Positions 23,201 to 35,809 of a stretch of 44,434 nt of DNA are shown in pieces; within the stretch, counting starts at the first letter, position 1, and the number at the start of each line of letters is the position of its first letter. Position numbers and translations under genes: made by a program. The notes beneath the pieces are model-generated. The model worked only from the letters and a program-made list of their open reading frames with translations, made no database searches and was not told the DNA's origin. The DNA is from Nemertoderma westbladi (Eukaryota > Animalia > Xenacoelomorpha), in NCBI GenBank assembly GCA_032718475.1, contig JAUCBJ010005187.1, positions 1 through 44,434 of the forward strand, read 5' to 3'.

Positions 23201-25191
23201 TAGTGTATCCGAAATGTATCCGCAGTAGTGTGCAGTAACGACTAGTAGTGTGTATCCGAAGTGTATCCGCATAACGACTAGTAGTGTGTATCCGAAGTGT
23301 ATCCGCATAACGACTAGTAGTGTGTATCCGAAGTGTATCCGCATAACGACTAGTAGTGTGTATCCGAAGTGTATCCGCATAACGACTAGTAGTGTGTATC
23401 CGAAGTGTATCCGCATAACGACTAGTAGTGTGTATCCGAAGTGTATCCGCATAACGACTAGTAGTGTGTATCCGAAGTGTATCCGCATAACGACTAGTAG
23501 TGTGTATCCGAAGTGTATCCGCATAACGACTAGTAGTGTGTATCCGAAGTGTATCCGCATAACGACTAGTAGTGTGTATCCGAAGTGTATCCGCATAACG
23601 ACTAGTAGTGTGTATCCGAAGTGTATCCGCATAACGACTAGTAGTGTGTATCCGAAGTGTATCCGCATAACGACTAGTAGTGTGTATCCGAAGTGTATCC
23701 GCATAACGACTAGTAGTGTGTATCCGAAGTGTATCCGCATAACGACTAGTAGTGTGTATCCGAAGTGTATCCGCATAACGACTAGTAGTGTGTATCCGAA
23801 GTGTATCCGCATAACGACTAGTAGTGTGTATCCGAAGTGTATCCGCATAACGACTAGTAGTGTGTATCCGAAGTGTATCCGCATAACGACTAGTAGTGTG
23901 TATCCGAAGTGTATCCGCATAACGACTAGTAATGTGTATCCGAAGTGTATCGGCATAACGACTAGTAGTGTGTATCCGAAGTGTATCCGCATAACGACTA
24001 GTAGTGTGTATCCGAAGTGTATCCGCATAACGACTAGTAGTGTGTATCCGAAGTGTATCCGCATAACGACTAGTAGTGTGTATCCGAAGTGTATCCGCAT
24101 AACGACTAGTAGTGTGTATCCGAAGTGTATCCGCATAACGACTAGTAGTGTGTATCCGAAGTGTATCCGCATAACGACTAGTAGTGTGTATCCGAAGTGT
24201 ATCCGCATAACGACTAGTAGTGTGTATCCGAAGTGTATCCGCATAACGACTAGTAGTGTGTATCCGAAGTGTATCCGCATAACGACTAGTAATGTGTATC
24301 CGAAGTGTATCCGCATAACGACTAGTAGTGTGTATCCGAAGTGTATCCGCATAACGACTAGTAGTGTGTATCCGAAGTGTATCCGCATAACGACTAGTAG
24401 TGTGTATCCGAAGTGTATCCGCATAACGACTAGTAGTGTGTATCCGAAGTGTATCCGCATAACGACTAGTAATGTGTATCCGAAGTGTATCCGCATAACG
24501 ACTAGTAGTGTGTATCCGAAGTGTATCCGCATAACGACTAGTAGTGTGTATCCGAAGTGTATCCGCATAAAGACTAGTAATGTGTATCCGAAGTGTATCC
24601 GCATAACGACTAGTAGTGTGTATCCGAAGTGTATCCGCATAACGACTAGTAGTGTGTATCCGAAGTGTATCCGCATAACGACTAGTAGTGTGTATCCGAA
24701 GTGTATCCGCATAACGACTAGTAGTGTGTATCCGCATAACGACTAGTAGTAGTGTGTATCCGAAGTGTATCCGCATAACGACTAGTAATGTGTATCCGAA
24801 GTGTATCCGCATAACGACTAGTAGTGTGTATCCGAAGTGTATCCGCATAACGACTAGTAGTAGTGTGTATCCGAAGTGTATCCGCATAACGACTAGTAGT
24901 GTGTATCCGAAGTGTATCCGCATAACGACTAGTAGTAGTGTGTATCCGAAGTGTATCCGCATAACGACTAGTAGTGTGTATCCGAAGTGTATCCGCATAA
25001 CGACTAGTAGTGTGTATCCGAAGTGTATCCGCATAACGACTAGTAGTGTGTATCCGAAGTGTATCCGCATAACGACTAGTAGTAGTGTGTATCCGAAGTG
25101 TATCCGCATAACGACTAGTAGTGTGTATCCGAAGTGTATCCGCATAACGACTAGTAGTGTGTATCCGAAGTGTATCCGCATAACGACTAGT
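23201..25191. repeat. 36-bp satellite A (GTGTATCCGAAGTGTATCCGCATAACGACTAGTAGT), ~55 near-identical copies
   Basis: Tandem array; several distal units carry an extra TAG. Confidence 0.97.
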
Positions 25192-25219
25192 ACTCGATTG
25201 TAGATCAGGAAATAAACTT

Positions 25220-25411
25220 TTGGCCGATATATAGTTGGCCGATTGGCCGATATATAGTTGGCCGATTGGCCGATATATAGTAGGCCGATTGGCCGATATA
25301 TAGTTGGCCGATATATAGTTGGCCAATTGGCTGATATATAGTTGGCCGATTGGCCGATATATAGTTGGCCGATTGGCCGATATATAGTTGGCCGATTGGC
25401 CGATATATAGT
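25220..25411. repeat. 23-bp repeat (GGCCGATATATAGTTGGCCGATT)
   Basis: About 8 tandem copies inside the Harbinger-type element. Confidence 0.9.
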
Positions 25412-26005
25412 TTACTGGAAGTATTTCTCACTAACATTTGGTTATGATTGTTTGTATCTCAAAAATATATAATGGGACATCGCAAAAAATGCCTTTTCAT
25501 GCTAGTAATTCGATAGAAATATGTCAAATTGCTTAAAACAATGGCCATTGCCAATTAAACAATTGCCAAAAAATGGGCAAAAATTAACTCTACAGAAATA
25601 TATAAAGGTTTATATGGTTTTGGTTATTTTCTGCTGAGTTACGGCTTATAAAATGGCGAAATTACAGGGGACGCAATTTGGCAACTTTTTGTGCAAACGA
25701 CCCAAACAGACCCTATTAGAAAATTTCACAATTATTTAACTCTTGGACTATTGAAAGAGTTTTTTATTATTGAATAATAATAACTTGATCACGTTCAGTA
25801 GGGAAAAAAATTGGAAGAGTTTAGTAAAGTAGTACATAGCATTATTGCGGCAAAACCAATTTAGTACAACTCATGAGAATGAATTGAACCAAAACCATAA
25901 AGATTTGTGGCAACTAAAAATACAGATAAACTTTTATCGCGATTAGCAAAGTCCCCTAGATTGAAACGTCCATTCTCAAATATTTCTAAAATATGTAACT
26001 CATTT

Positions 26006-27072
26006 ATGTAAGGGCCACCACAAACACCAATGTAAGGGCCAACACAAACACCAATGTAAGGGCCAACACAAACACCAATGTAAGGGCCAACACAAACACC
26101 AATGTAAGGGCCAACACAAACACCAATGTAAGGGCCAACACAAACACCAATAACACAAACACCAATGTAAGGGCCAACACAAACACCAATGTAAGGGCCA
26201 ACACAAACACCAACGTAAGGGTCAACACAAACACCAATGTAAGGGCCAACACAAACACCAATAACACAAACACCAATGTAAGGGCCAACACAAACACCAA
26301 TGTAAGGGCCAACACAAACACCAATGTAAGGGCCAACACAAACACCAATGTAAGGGCCAACACAAACACCAATGTAATGGCCAACACAAACACCAATGTA
26401 AGGGCCAACACAAACACCAATGTAAGGGCCAACACAAACACCAATGTAAGGGCCAACACAAACACCAATGTAAGGGCCAACACAAACACCAATGTAAGGG
26501 CCAACACAAACACCAATGTAAGGGCAACCACAAACACCAATGTAAGGGCCAACACAAACACCAATGTAAGGGCCAACACAAACACCAATGTAAGGGCCAA
26601 CACAAACACCAATGTAAGGGCCAACACAAACACCAATGTAAGGGCCAACACAAACACCAATGTAAGGGCCAACACAAACACCAATGTAAGGGCCAACACA
26701 AACACCAATAACACAAACACCAATGTAAGGGCCAATACAAACACCAATAACACAAACACCAATGTAAGGGCCAACACAAACACCAATGTAAGGGCCAACA
26801 CAAACACCAATGTAAGGGCCAACACAAACACCAATGTAAGGGCCAACACAAACACCAATGTAAGGGCAACACAAACACCAATGTAAGGGCCAACACAAAC
26901 ACCAATGTAAGGGCCAACACAAACACCAATGTAAGGGCCAACACAAACACCAATGTAAGGGCCAACACAAACACCAATGTAAGGGCCACCACAAACACCA
27001 ATGTGAGGGCCAACACAAACACCAATGTAAGGGCCAACACAAACACCAATGTAAGGGCCAACACAAACACCA
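26006..27072. repeat. 24-bp minisatellite (ATGTAAGGGCCAACACAAACACCA)
   Basis: About 45 copies, some truncated to 15 bp. Confidence 0.97.
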
Positions 27073-27098
27073 AGTTGCATCTGCATCCCCCCAGCACA

Positions 27099-27264
27099 AT
27101 GTTTAAACATTGAGCCTACGATAATAGAAGGACAGACAGGCAAACAGACACTGCCCATTAGCCGTACTGATTTCTATGCTAGTTAACTCATTGTGATTCC
27201 GTTAGTTCGATGTTTAAACATTGAGCCTACGATAATAGAAGGACAGACAGGCAAACAGACACTG
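27099..27264. repeat. 55-bp direct duplication
   Basis: ATGTTTAAACATTGAGCCTACG...CAGACACTG at 27099 and 27210. Confidence 0.9.
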
Positions 27265-27344
27265 GCAATTATTAATCTAGTGATATATGGTATTGTAAAC
27301 GATACAAGAGTGTCGGGGAAAAAACAATATTATTTTACATTTAG

Positions 27345-27396
27345 GATGATGAACCTGTATGGGGAAGGAGCCTTCGTAACAAAGCCCTAAAAAAAG
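27345..27396 (+). CDS. Coding exon 2 of the putative neuropeptide precursor
   Basis: TTTTACATTTAG| acceptor, AAG|GTAAGT donor; 52 nt, DDEPVWGRSLRNKALKK, phase 0 to 1. Confidence 0.7.
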
Positions 27397-27607
27397 GTAA
27401 GTATAAAATGATATACGTGGCCTATGGGGGGGGGGGGGGGGGGGGGGGGCGTATACTAAGTTAATTATTGACCTAGAAAATAAAAATAAAATTATATAAA
27501 CCCAAATCTAAAACGAACTCTAATACTGAACATAATAACGCTAAATAATCGAACACAAAAAAATCATTCTCGCCAGAAATTACCAAAAAATTCAGGTGGA
27601 AAAGATT

Positions 27608-30600
27608 TATCCTACGTTATGTGTAACACTCTGGATACTCATGTATCCTACGTTATGTGTAACACTCTGGATACTCATGTATCCTACGTTATGTGTAACA
27701 CTCTGGATACTCATGTATCCTACGTTATGTGTAACACTCTGGATACTCATGTATCCTACGTTATGTGTAACACTCTGGATACTCATGTATCCTACGTTAT
27801 GTGTAACACTCTGGATACGCATGTATCCTACGTTATGTGTAACACTCTGGATACTCATGTATTCTACGTTATGTGTAACACTCTGGATACTCATGTATCC
27901 TACGTTATGTGTAACACTCTGGATACTCATGTATCCTACGTTATGTGTAACACTCTGGATACTCATGTATTCTACGTTATGTGTAACACTCTGGATACTC
28001 ATGTATCCTACGTTATGTGTAACACTCTGGATACTCATGTATCCTACGTTATGTGTAACACTCTGGATACTCATGTATTCTACGTTATGTGTAACACTCT
28101 GGATACTCATGTATCCTACGTTATGTGTAACACTCTGGATACTCATGTATCCTACGTTATGTGTAACACTCTGGATACTCATGTATCCTACGTTATGTGT
28201 AACAACACATTCGAAAAGAGTAAGGGGAAGCTATGGACCTTTCAATACCCTAATGGAACCAAAGCACAACTGGATTACATCCTTATAAACAAAAAGTGGA
28301 TAAATAGCATGATCAACTGCGAGGCATACAGCTCGTTCAACCTAATTGGTTCGGACCACAGAATTGTGACTGCAGAGATCAGACTCAGTTTGAGAGCCAG
28401 CAAACCCAGGACAAGCAAGCAAATCAACTATGACTGGGAGAAACTCAGAACTGACAATGCTGTAAAGGATGCTTATACAGTAGAAGTTCAAAACCGCTTT
28501 GAAGCACTTCAGTCAATGGATGAAGACCAATCCACCGATTCAATATACCAGAATATAATAACAGCCCACAAGGAATCAGCTAAGAGGCATATCCCCCAGA
28601 AACCTAAACGAAAACAGTATGTGCCATGGCAAAACTCTGAGGTTACTTGTAAGAGATAAGATCTTAAGATAGCCTACAAAGTTAAAACCGAACAACCAAC
28701 AACCGAAAACATTAACAAGGTTGAGAAAGCTAAGGACGATCTTAAATTGGCCTACAACATCAGCCAGGAAAAGTACATACAGGATAAAACTGAAGCAATT
28801 ACAACTGCTCACATACAGCAACAATCAAGACTTACCTGGCAAACTGTAAATGAGGTATCTGATCGGAAAAGTTGTGCAAAGGGGCGCCTCAAAGCCGATA
28901 GTCCTGAAGAACGTGTTGGGAAGTGGAAAAATCACTTCAGCAACTTGCTTGGGCAGCCACCAAACATCGAGGTCAGCCCTACAAGGAAAATATATGACAA
29001 GACACTACCTATAGAAACAGGGGACTTCACACCTGCCGAACTCCAAAGAAGCATTAGAAGCATGTCCAATAATAAAGCGAGTGGATTAGATGAAATCCCA
29101 GCGGAGGTATGGAAAACCGGAGTGCTAAATAGACCATTATTGAATGTTTGCAACCGGATGTTAAAAGGGGAAAAGCCACCACCAATTTGGACTAAAGGTC
29201 AACTAAAGCCTCTCCCCAAGAAAGGAGACCTCGGCATACCAACAAACTATCGTGGGATCTGTCTGCTTGTGGTAGCTGCCAAAATATACAATAAAATGAT
29301 TCTATATAGGATTAGGCCTCACATAGAGAAACTACTGCGTAAGAGCCAAAACGGATTTCGACCAAACAGATCAACAATAGCTCAGATACTTGCACTACGG
29401 AGACTGATTGAAGGAATTAAGTCAAAGAATCTCCCCGCAGTCATGACTTTTGTGTACTTCAAGAAGGCATTCGACTCCATCCATAGAGGTAAAATGCTTG
29501 AAATCCTAAGAGCTTATGGAATACTAGAAGTAATTGTTGCTGGCATTGGATTGCTATATTGTGACACAGAAGCGCAGGTACTCTCACCAGATGGTGAAAC
29601 TGAGTTTTTCTCAATCCTGGCTGGCGTACTGCAAGGTGACACATTAGCACCATTACTATTTGTAATTGTGCTGGATTACGCAATGACGACAGCCACAAAG
29701 GGTGAAGATCTGGGATTTACACTTCAAGAACGCAGAAGTAGTAGATATCCGGCAACTACAGTCACAGACACCGACTTTGCGGATGACATCGCCCTGTTCT
29801 CTAATACGCTAGCAGATGCACAGCTTCTGCTAAATAAAGTGGAGAGGGCTGCTAAGGAGGTTGGATTGCATATAAATGCTACCAAGACCGAATTCATGAC
29901 CTTTAATGTTGATGGAAACTTGACAACCATTGATAATAATCAACTAAGGAAGGTCGATGACTTCCAGTACCTTGGATCATGGATAGAGAGTAGCAAAAAG
30001 GACATAGAAGTTAGGAAAGCAAAGGCTTGGGTAGCTCTATCAAAAATGGATACTATCTGGAAATCAGATCTCTCCAGGCACCTGAAGACTAAGTTCTTTC
30101 GAGCCACAGTGGAAAGTGTATTTTTATACGGGGGTGAGACCTGGACACTGATTAAATCACTTGAACAACGAATTGATGGTTGCTACACAAGACTACTAAG
30201 GGCAGCCCTAAACATCAGCTGGAGACAACACATGACAAACGCCAAGCTTTATGGTACAATACCACCTGCATCAACCACCCTGCGTGAACGCAGATTAAGA
30301 CTCAGTGGGCACTGCTGGCGAAGTAAAGACGAGGTCATACCAGATCTACTTCTCTGGCAACCAACTCATGGAAAGCGTAGTCGTGGACGACCTGCCATAA
30401 CATATATAGATCAACTTGAAAGGGATACTGAACTTGGGAGAAACGAAATTGCGACAACTATGGAGAATCGGGAAGCCTGGATGGATCTCATTTCCACTGT
30501 CCGAGTTCGCTCGACCTAGTAGTAGTAGTAGTGTAACACTCTGGATACTCATGTATTCTACGTTATGTGTAACACTCTGGATACTCATGTATCCTACGTT

Positions 30601-32100
30601 ATGTGTAACACTCTGGATACTCATGTATCCTACGTTATGTGTAACACTCTGGATACTCATGTATCCTACGTTATGTGTAACACTCTGGATACTCATGTAT
30701 CCTACGTTATGTGTAACACTCTGGATACTCATGTATCCTACGTTATGTGTAACACTCTGGATACTCATGTATCCTACGTTATGTGTAACACTCTGGATAC
30801 TCATGTATCCTACGTTATGTGTAACACTCTGGATACTCATGTATCCTACGTTATGTGTAACACTCTGGATACTCATGTATCCTACGTTATGTGTAACACT
30901 CTGGATACTCATGTATTCTACGTTATTTATCCTACGTTATGTGTAACACTCTGGATACTCATGTATCCTACGTTATGTGTAACACTCTGGATATTCATGT
31001 ATCCTACGTTATGTGTAACACTCTGGATACTCATGTATCCTACGTTATGTGTAACACTCTTGATATTCATGTATCCTACGTTATGTGTAACACTCTGGAT
31101 ACTCATGTATCCTACGTTATGTGTAACACTCTGGATACTCATGTATCCTACGTTATGTGTAACACTCTGGATACTCATGTATCCTACGTTATGTGTAACA
31201 CTCTGGATACTCATGTATCCTACGTTATGTGTAACACTCTGGATACTCATGTATCCTACGTTATGTGTAACACTCTGGATACTCATGTATCCTACGTTAT
31301 GTGTAACACTCTGGATACTCATGTATCCTACGTTATGTGTAACACTCTGGATACTCATGTATCCTACGTTATGTGTAACACTCTGGATACTCATGTATCC
31401 TACGTTATGTGTAACACTCTGGATACTCATGTATCCTACGTTATGTGTAACACTCTGGATACTCATGTATCCTACGTTATGTGTAACACTCTGGATACTC
31501 ATGTATTCTACGTTATTTATCCTACGTTATGTGTAACACTCTGGATACTCATGTATCCTACGTTATGTGTAACACTCTGGATACTCATGTATAAAAGATT
31601 TATCCTACGTTATGTGTAACACTCTGGATACTCATGTATCCTACGTTATGTGTAACACTCTGGATATTCATGTATCCTACGTTATGTGTAACACTCTGGA
31701 TACTCATGTATCCTACGTTATGTGTAACACTCTGGATACTCATGTATCCTACGTTATGTGTAACACTCTGGATACTCATGTATCCTACGTTATGTGTAAC
31801 ACTCTGGATACTCATGTATCCTACGTTATGTGTAACACTCTGGATACTCATGTATCCTACGTTATGTGTAACACTCTGGATACTCATGTATTCTACGTTA
31901 TGTGTAACACTCTGGATACTCATGTATCCTACGTTATGTGTAACACTCTGGATACTCATGTATTCTACGTTATGTGTAACACTCTGGATACTCATGTATC
32001 CTACGTTATGTGTAACACTCTGGATACTCATGTATTCTACGTTATGTGTAACACTCTGGATACTCATGTATCCTACGTTATGTGTAACACTCTGGATACT
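27608..32100. repeat. 36-bp satellite B (TATCCTACGTTATGTGTAACACTCTGGATACTCATG), split by a LINE
   Basis: Arrays at 27608-28204 and 30531-32100. Confidence 0.97.
28205..30530 (+). mobile_element. RTE-group (RTE/RTEX-like) LINE, 5'-truncated, inactive copy
   Basis: APE C-terminus (QLDYIL, GSDH), RT (NYRGI, QNGFR, GVLQGDTLAP, FADD, YLGS), C-terminal GKRSRGRP. Premature TAA at 28657; first catalytic Asp changed to Tyr (FVYFKKAFD); (TAG)n tail; TSD GTGTAAC(A). Confidence 0.95.
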
Positions 32101-32154
32101 CGTATTCGAATTGTCTATATTCCATGTGTATAGCGTAATATAATGTAATGAACA

Positions 32155-32430
32155 CATGTTGTATATTTGGAGTCTCATGTTGTATATTTGGAGTCTCATG
32201 TTGTATATTTGGAGTCTCATGTTGTATATTTGGAGTCTCATGTTGTATATTTGGAGTCTCATGTTGTATATTTGGAGTCTCATGTTGTATATTTGGAGCC
32301 TCATGTTGTATATTTGGAGTCTCATGTTGTATATTTGGAGTCTCATGTTGTATATTTGGAGTCTCATGTTGTATATTTGGAGTCTCATGTTGTATATTTG
32401 GAGTCTCAGGTTGTATATTTGGTGTCTCAG
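32155..32430. repeat. 21-bp minisatellite (CATGTTGTATATTTGGAGTCT)
   Basis: About 13 copies. Confidence 0.95.
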
Positions 32431-32467
32431 TATTTAAATTTGTTTTTTTAATTGTTTAATTCTACAG

Positions 32468-32538
32468 AAGAAGGGGCGAATGATTCTCTCGACAATAAAG
32501 ATTTCCGTCGAACACTAATGTCGGGTGACGTAATGTAG
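32468..32538 (+). CDS. Coding exon 3 (probably terminal) of the putative neuropeptide precursor
   Basis: T-rich tract plus TCTACAG| acceptor; phase 1 continues exon 2 as EEGANDSLDNKDFRRTLMSGDVM-stop (TAG 32536-32538). Confidence 0.6.
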
Positions 32539-32669
32539 CCGAGATATGAGTTTATATGACTGCAATTAGTTTATATGACTATCATGAACAATATTCCGCC
32601 GGCATAATGGTAATGGTGTGGATTTGGAAATAGTAAAATTTGTTTTTTATTACATGCGAAGTAGGTTAG

Positions 32670-33120
32670 AGGCCGATATCCGGACACGCCTGGTAAAGGG
32701 CCGATATCCGGACACGCCTGGTAAAGGGCCGATATCCGGACACGCCTGGTAAAGGGCCGATATCCGGACACGCCTGGTAAAGGGACGATATCCGGACACG
32801 CCTGGTAAAGGGCCGATATCCGGACACGCCTGGTAAAGGGCCGATATCCGGACACGCCTGGTAAAGGGCCGATATCCGGACACGCCTGGTAAAGGGCCGA
32901 TATCCGGACACGCCTGGTGAAGGGCCGATATCCGGACACGCTTGGTAAAGGGCCGATATCCGGACACGCCTGGTAAAGGGCCGATATCCGGACACACCTG
33001 GTAAAAGGCCGATATCCGGACACGCCTGGTAAAGGGCCGATATCCGGACACGCCTGGTAAAGGGCCGATATCCGGACACGCCTGGTAAAGGGCCGATATC
33101 CGGACACGCCTGGTAAAGGG
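32670..33120. repeat. 28-bp minisatellite (GGCCGATATCCGGACACGCCTGGTAAAG)
   Basis: About 16 copies. Confidence 0.95.
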
Positions 33121-33220
33121 GTAAAAAATACCTAGAAATTCTTAAATCTTAAAATATAATGTTAGAAGAAAATGTTTAAATCATGTTTTTCATTAATATA
33201 TTAAAAACTATTCATTTTAC

Positions 33221-35809
33221 TACTACTACTACTACTAGGTCGAGCGAACTCGGACAGTGGAAATGAGATCCTTCCAGGCTTCCCGATTCTCCATAGTTGT
33301 CGCAATTTCGTTTCTCCCAAGTTCAGTATCCCTTTCAAGTTGATCTATATATGTTATGGCAGGTCGTCCACGACTACGCTTTCCATGGGTTGGTTGCCAG
33401 AGAAGTAGATCTGGTATGACCTCGTCTTTACTTCGCCAGCAGTGCCCACTGAATCTTAATCTGCGTTCACGGAGGGTGGTTGATACAGGTGGTATTGTAC
33501 CATAAAGCTCGGCGTTTGTCATGTGTTGTCTCCAGCTGATGTTTAGGGCTGCCCTTAGTAGTCTTGTGTAGCAACCATCAATTCGTTGTTCAAGTGATTT
33601 AGTCAGTGTCCAGGTCTCACCCCCGTATAAAAATACACTTTCCACTGTGGCTCGAAAGAACTTAGTCTTCAGGTGCCTGGAGAGATCTGATTTCCAGATG
33701 GTATCCATTTTTGATAGAGCTACCCAAGCCTTTGCTTTCCTAACTTCTATGTCCTTTTTGCTACTCTCTATCCATGATCCAAGGTACTGGAAGTCATCGA
33801 CCTTCCTTAGTTGATTATTATCAATGGTTGTCAAGTTTCCATCAACATTAAAGGTCATGAATTCGGTCTTGGTAGCATTTATATGCAATCCGACCTCCTT
33901 AGCAGCCCTCTCCACTTTATTTAGTAGAAGCTGTGCATCTGCTAGCGTATTAGAGAGCAGGGCGATGTCATCCGCAAAGTCGGTGTCTGTGACTGTAGTT
34001 GCCGGATATCTACTACTTCTGCGTTCTTGAAGTGTGAATCCCAGATCTTCACCCTTTGTGGCCGTCCTCATTGCGTAATCCAGCACAATTACAAATAGTA
34101 ATGGTGCTAATGTGTCACCTTGCAGTACGCCAGCCAGGATTGAGAAAAACTCAGTTTCACCATCTGGTGAGAGTACCTGCGCTTCTGTGTCACAATATAA
34201 CAATCCAATGCCAGCAACAATTACTTCTGGTATTCCATAAGCTCTTAGGATTTCAAGCATTTTACCTCTATGGATGGAGTCGAATGCCTTCTTGAAGTCC
34301 ACAAAAGTCATGACTGCGGGGAGATTCTTTGACTTAATTCCTTCAATCAGTCTCCGTAGTGCAAGTATCTGAGCTATTGTTGATCTACTTGGTCGAAATC
34401 CGTTTTGGCTCTTACGCAGTAGTTTCTCTATGTGAGGCCTAATCCTATATAGAATCATTTTATTGTATATTTTGGCAGCTACCACAAGCAGACAGATCCC
34501 ACGATAGTTTGTTGGTATGCCGAGGTCTCCTTTCTTGGGGAGAGGCTTTAGTTGACCTTTAGTCCAAATTGGTGGTGGCTTTTCCCCTTTTAACATCCGG
34601 TTGCAAACATTCAATAATGGTCTGTTTAGCACTCCGGTTTTCCATACCTCCGCTGGGATTTCATCTAATCCACTCGCTTTATTATTGGACATGCTTTTAA
34701 TGCTTCTTTGGAGTTCGACAGGTGTGAAGTCCCCTGTTTCTATAGGTAGTGTCTCGAGATGACCTCGATGTTTGGTGGCTGCCCAAGCCAGTTGCTGAAG
34801 TGATTTTTCCACTTCCCAACACGTTCTTCAGGACTATCGGCTTTGAGGCGCCCCTTTGCACAACGTTTCCGACCAGATACCTCATTTACAGTTTGCCAGG
34901 TAAGTCTTGATTGTTGCTGTATGTGAGCAGTTGTAATTGCTTCAGTTTTATCCTGTATGTACTTTTCCTGGCTGATGTTATAGGCCAATTTAAGATCGTC
35001 CTTAGCTTTCTCAACCTTGTTGATGTTTTCGGTTGTTGGTTGTTCGGTTTTAACTTTGTAGGCTATCTTGAGATCTTCTCTCTTACAAGTAACCTCAGAG
35101 TTTTGCCATGGCACATACTGTTTTCGTTTAGGTTTCTGGGGGATATGCCTCTTAGCTGATTCCTTGTGGGCTGTTATTATATTCTGGTATATTGAATCGG
35201 TGGATTGGTCTTCATCCATTGACTGAAGTGCTTCAAAGCGGTTTTGAACTTCTACTGTATAAGCATCCTTTACAGCATTGTCAGTTCTGAGTTTCTCCCA
35301 GTCATAGTTGATTTGCTTGCTTGTCTCTTGTCTGATCTCTGCAGTCACAATTCTGTGGTCCGAACCAATTAGGTTGAACGAGCTGTATGCCTCGCAGTTG
35401 ATCATGCTATTTCTCCACTTTTTGTTTATAAGGATGTAATCCAGTTGTGCTTTGGTTCCATTAGGGTATTGAAAGGTCCATAGCTTCCCCTTACTCTTTT
35501 CGAATGTGTTGTTTGTTGGTATCAATTCACATTCTTCCATTAGGTCTAAAAGTAAGTACCCATATCTGTTAGAACTGGTGTTATAGGTGTACCCCTTGAT
35601 GTCTTCTGGGCCAATTTGCGCATTTAGGTCACCAGCAATGACTTTAACATTGTGTTTCGGGATGTCCTTAATAAGTCCAGTCAGTTCTTCATAAAACTTG
35701 ACTGCTTGTTCTGGCACTGATGCATTGGTTGGACTGTAGCAACATATAACTGTTGTCTTGGAATTCCCATCAAATGTTGCGATCATAACCCTGGAATCTA
35801 TAGATTCGA
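33221..35809 (-). mobile_element. RTE-group LINE, same family as 28205-30530, 5'-truncated
   Basis: APE (CYSPT, AGDLNA, LDYIL, SDH) and RT with intact VDFKKAFD/FADD; small frameshifting deletion near 34757; (TAG)n tail; 8-bp TSD CATTTTAC at 33213-33220 and 35810-35817. Confidence 0.95.

Larger units (their letters stand above)
18455..25703. mobile_element. PIF/Harbinger-type non-autonomous element, expanded by nested cargo to 7.25 kb
   Basis: 29-bp TIRs GGGTCGTTTGCACAAAAAGTGGCCAGATT (18455) / AATTTGGCAACTTTTTGTGCAAACGACCC (ends 25703), flanked by AAA on both sides (3-bp TSD). Confidence 0.75.

Noticed and set aside
23201-25191. CRISPR array (36-bp repeats; also 27608-32100)
   Set aside because: Units are head-to-tail with no unique spacers, there are no cas genes, and the context is eukaryotic and spliced.
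32575-32645. Next DEF8 exon (minus-strand FYYFQIHTITIMPA)
   Set aside because: Lacks the CxxCH and NWDF residues, has no suitable acceptor and hits a stop.
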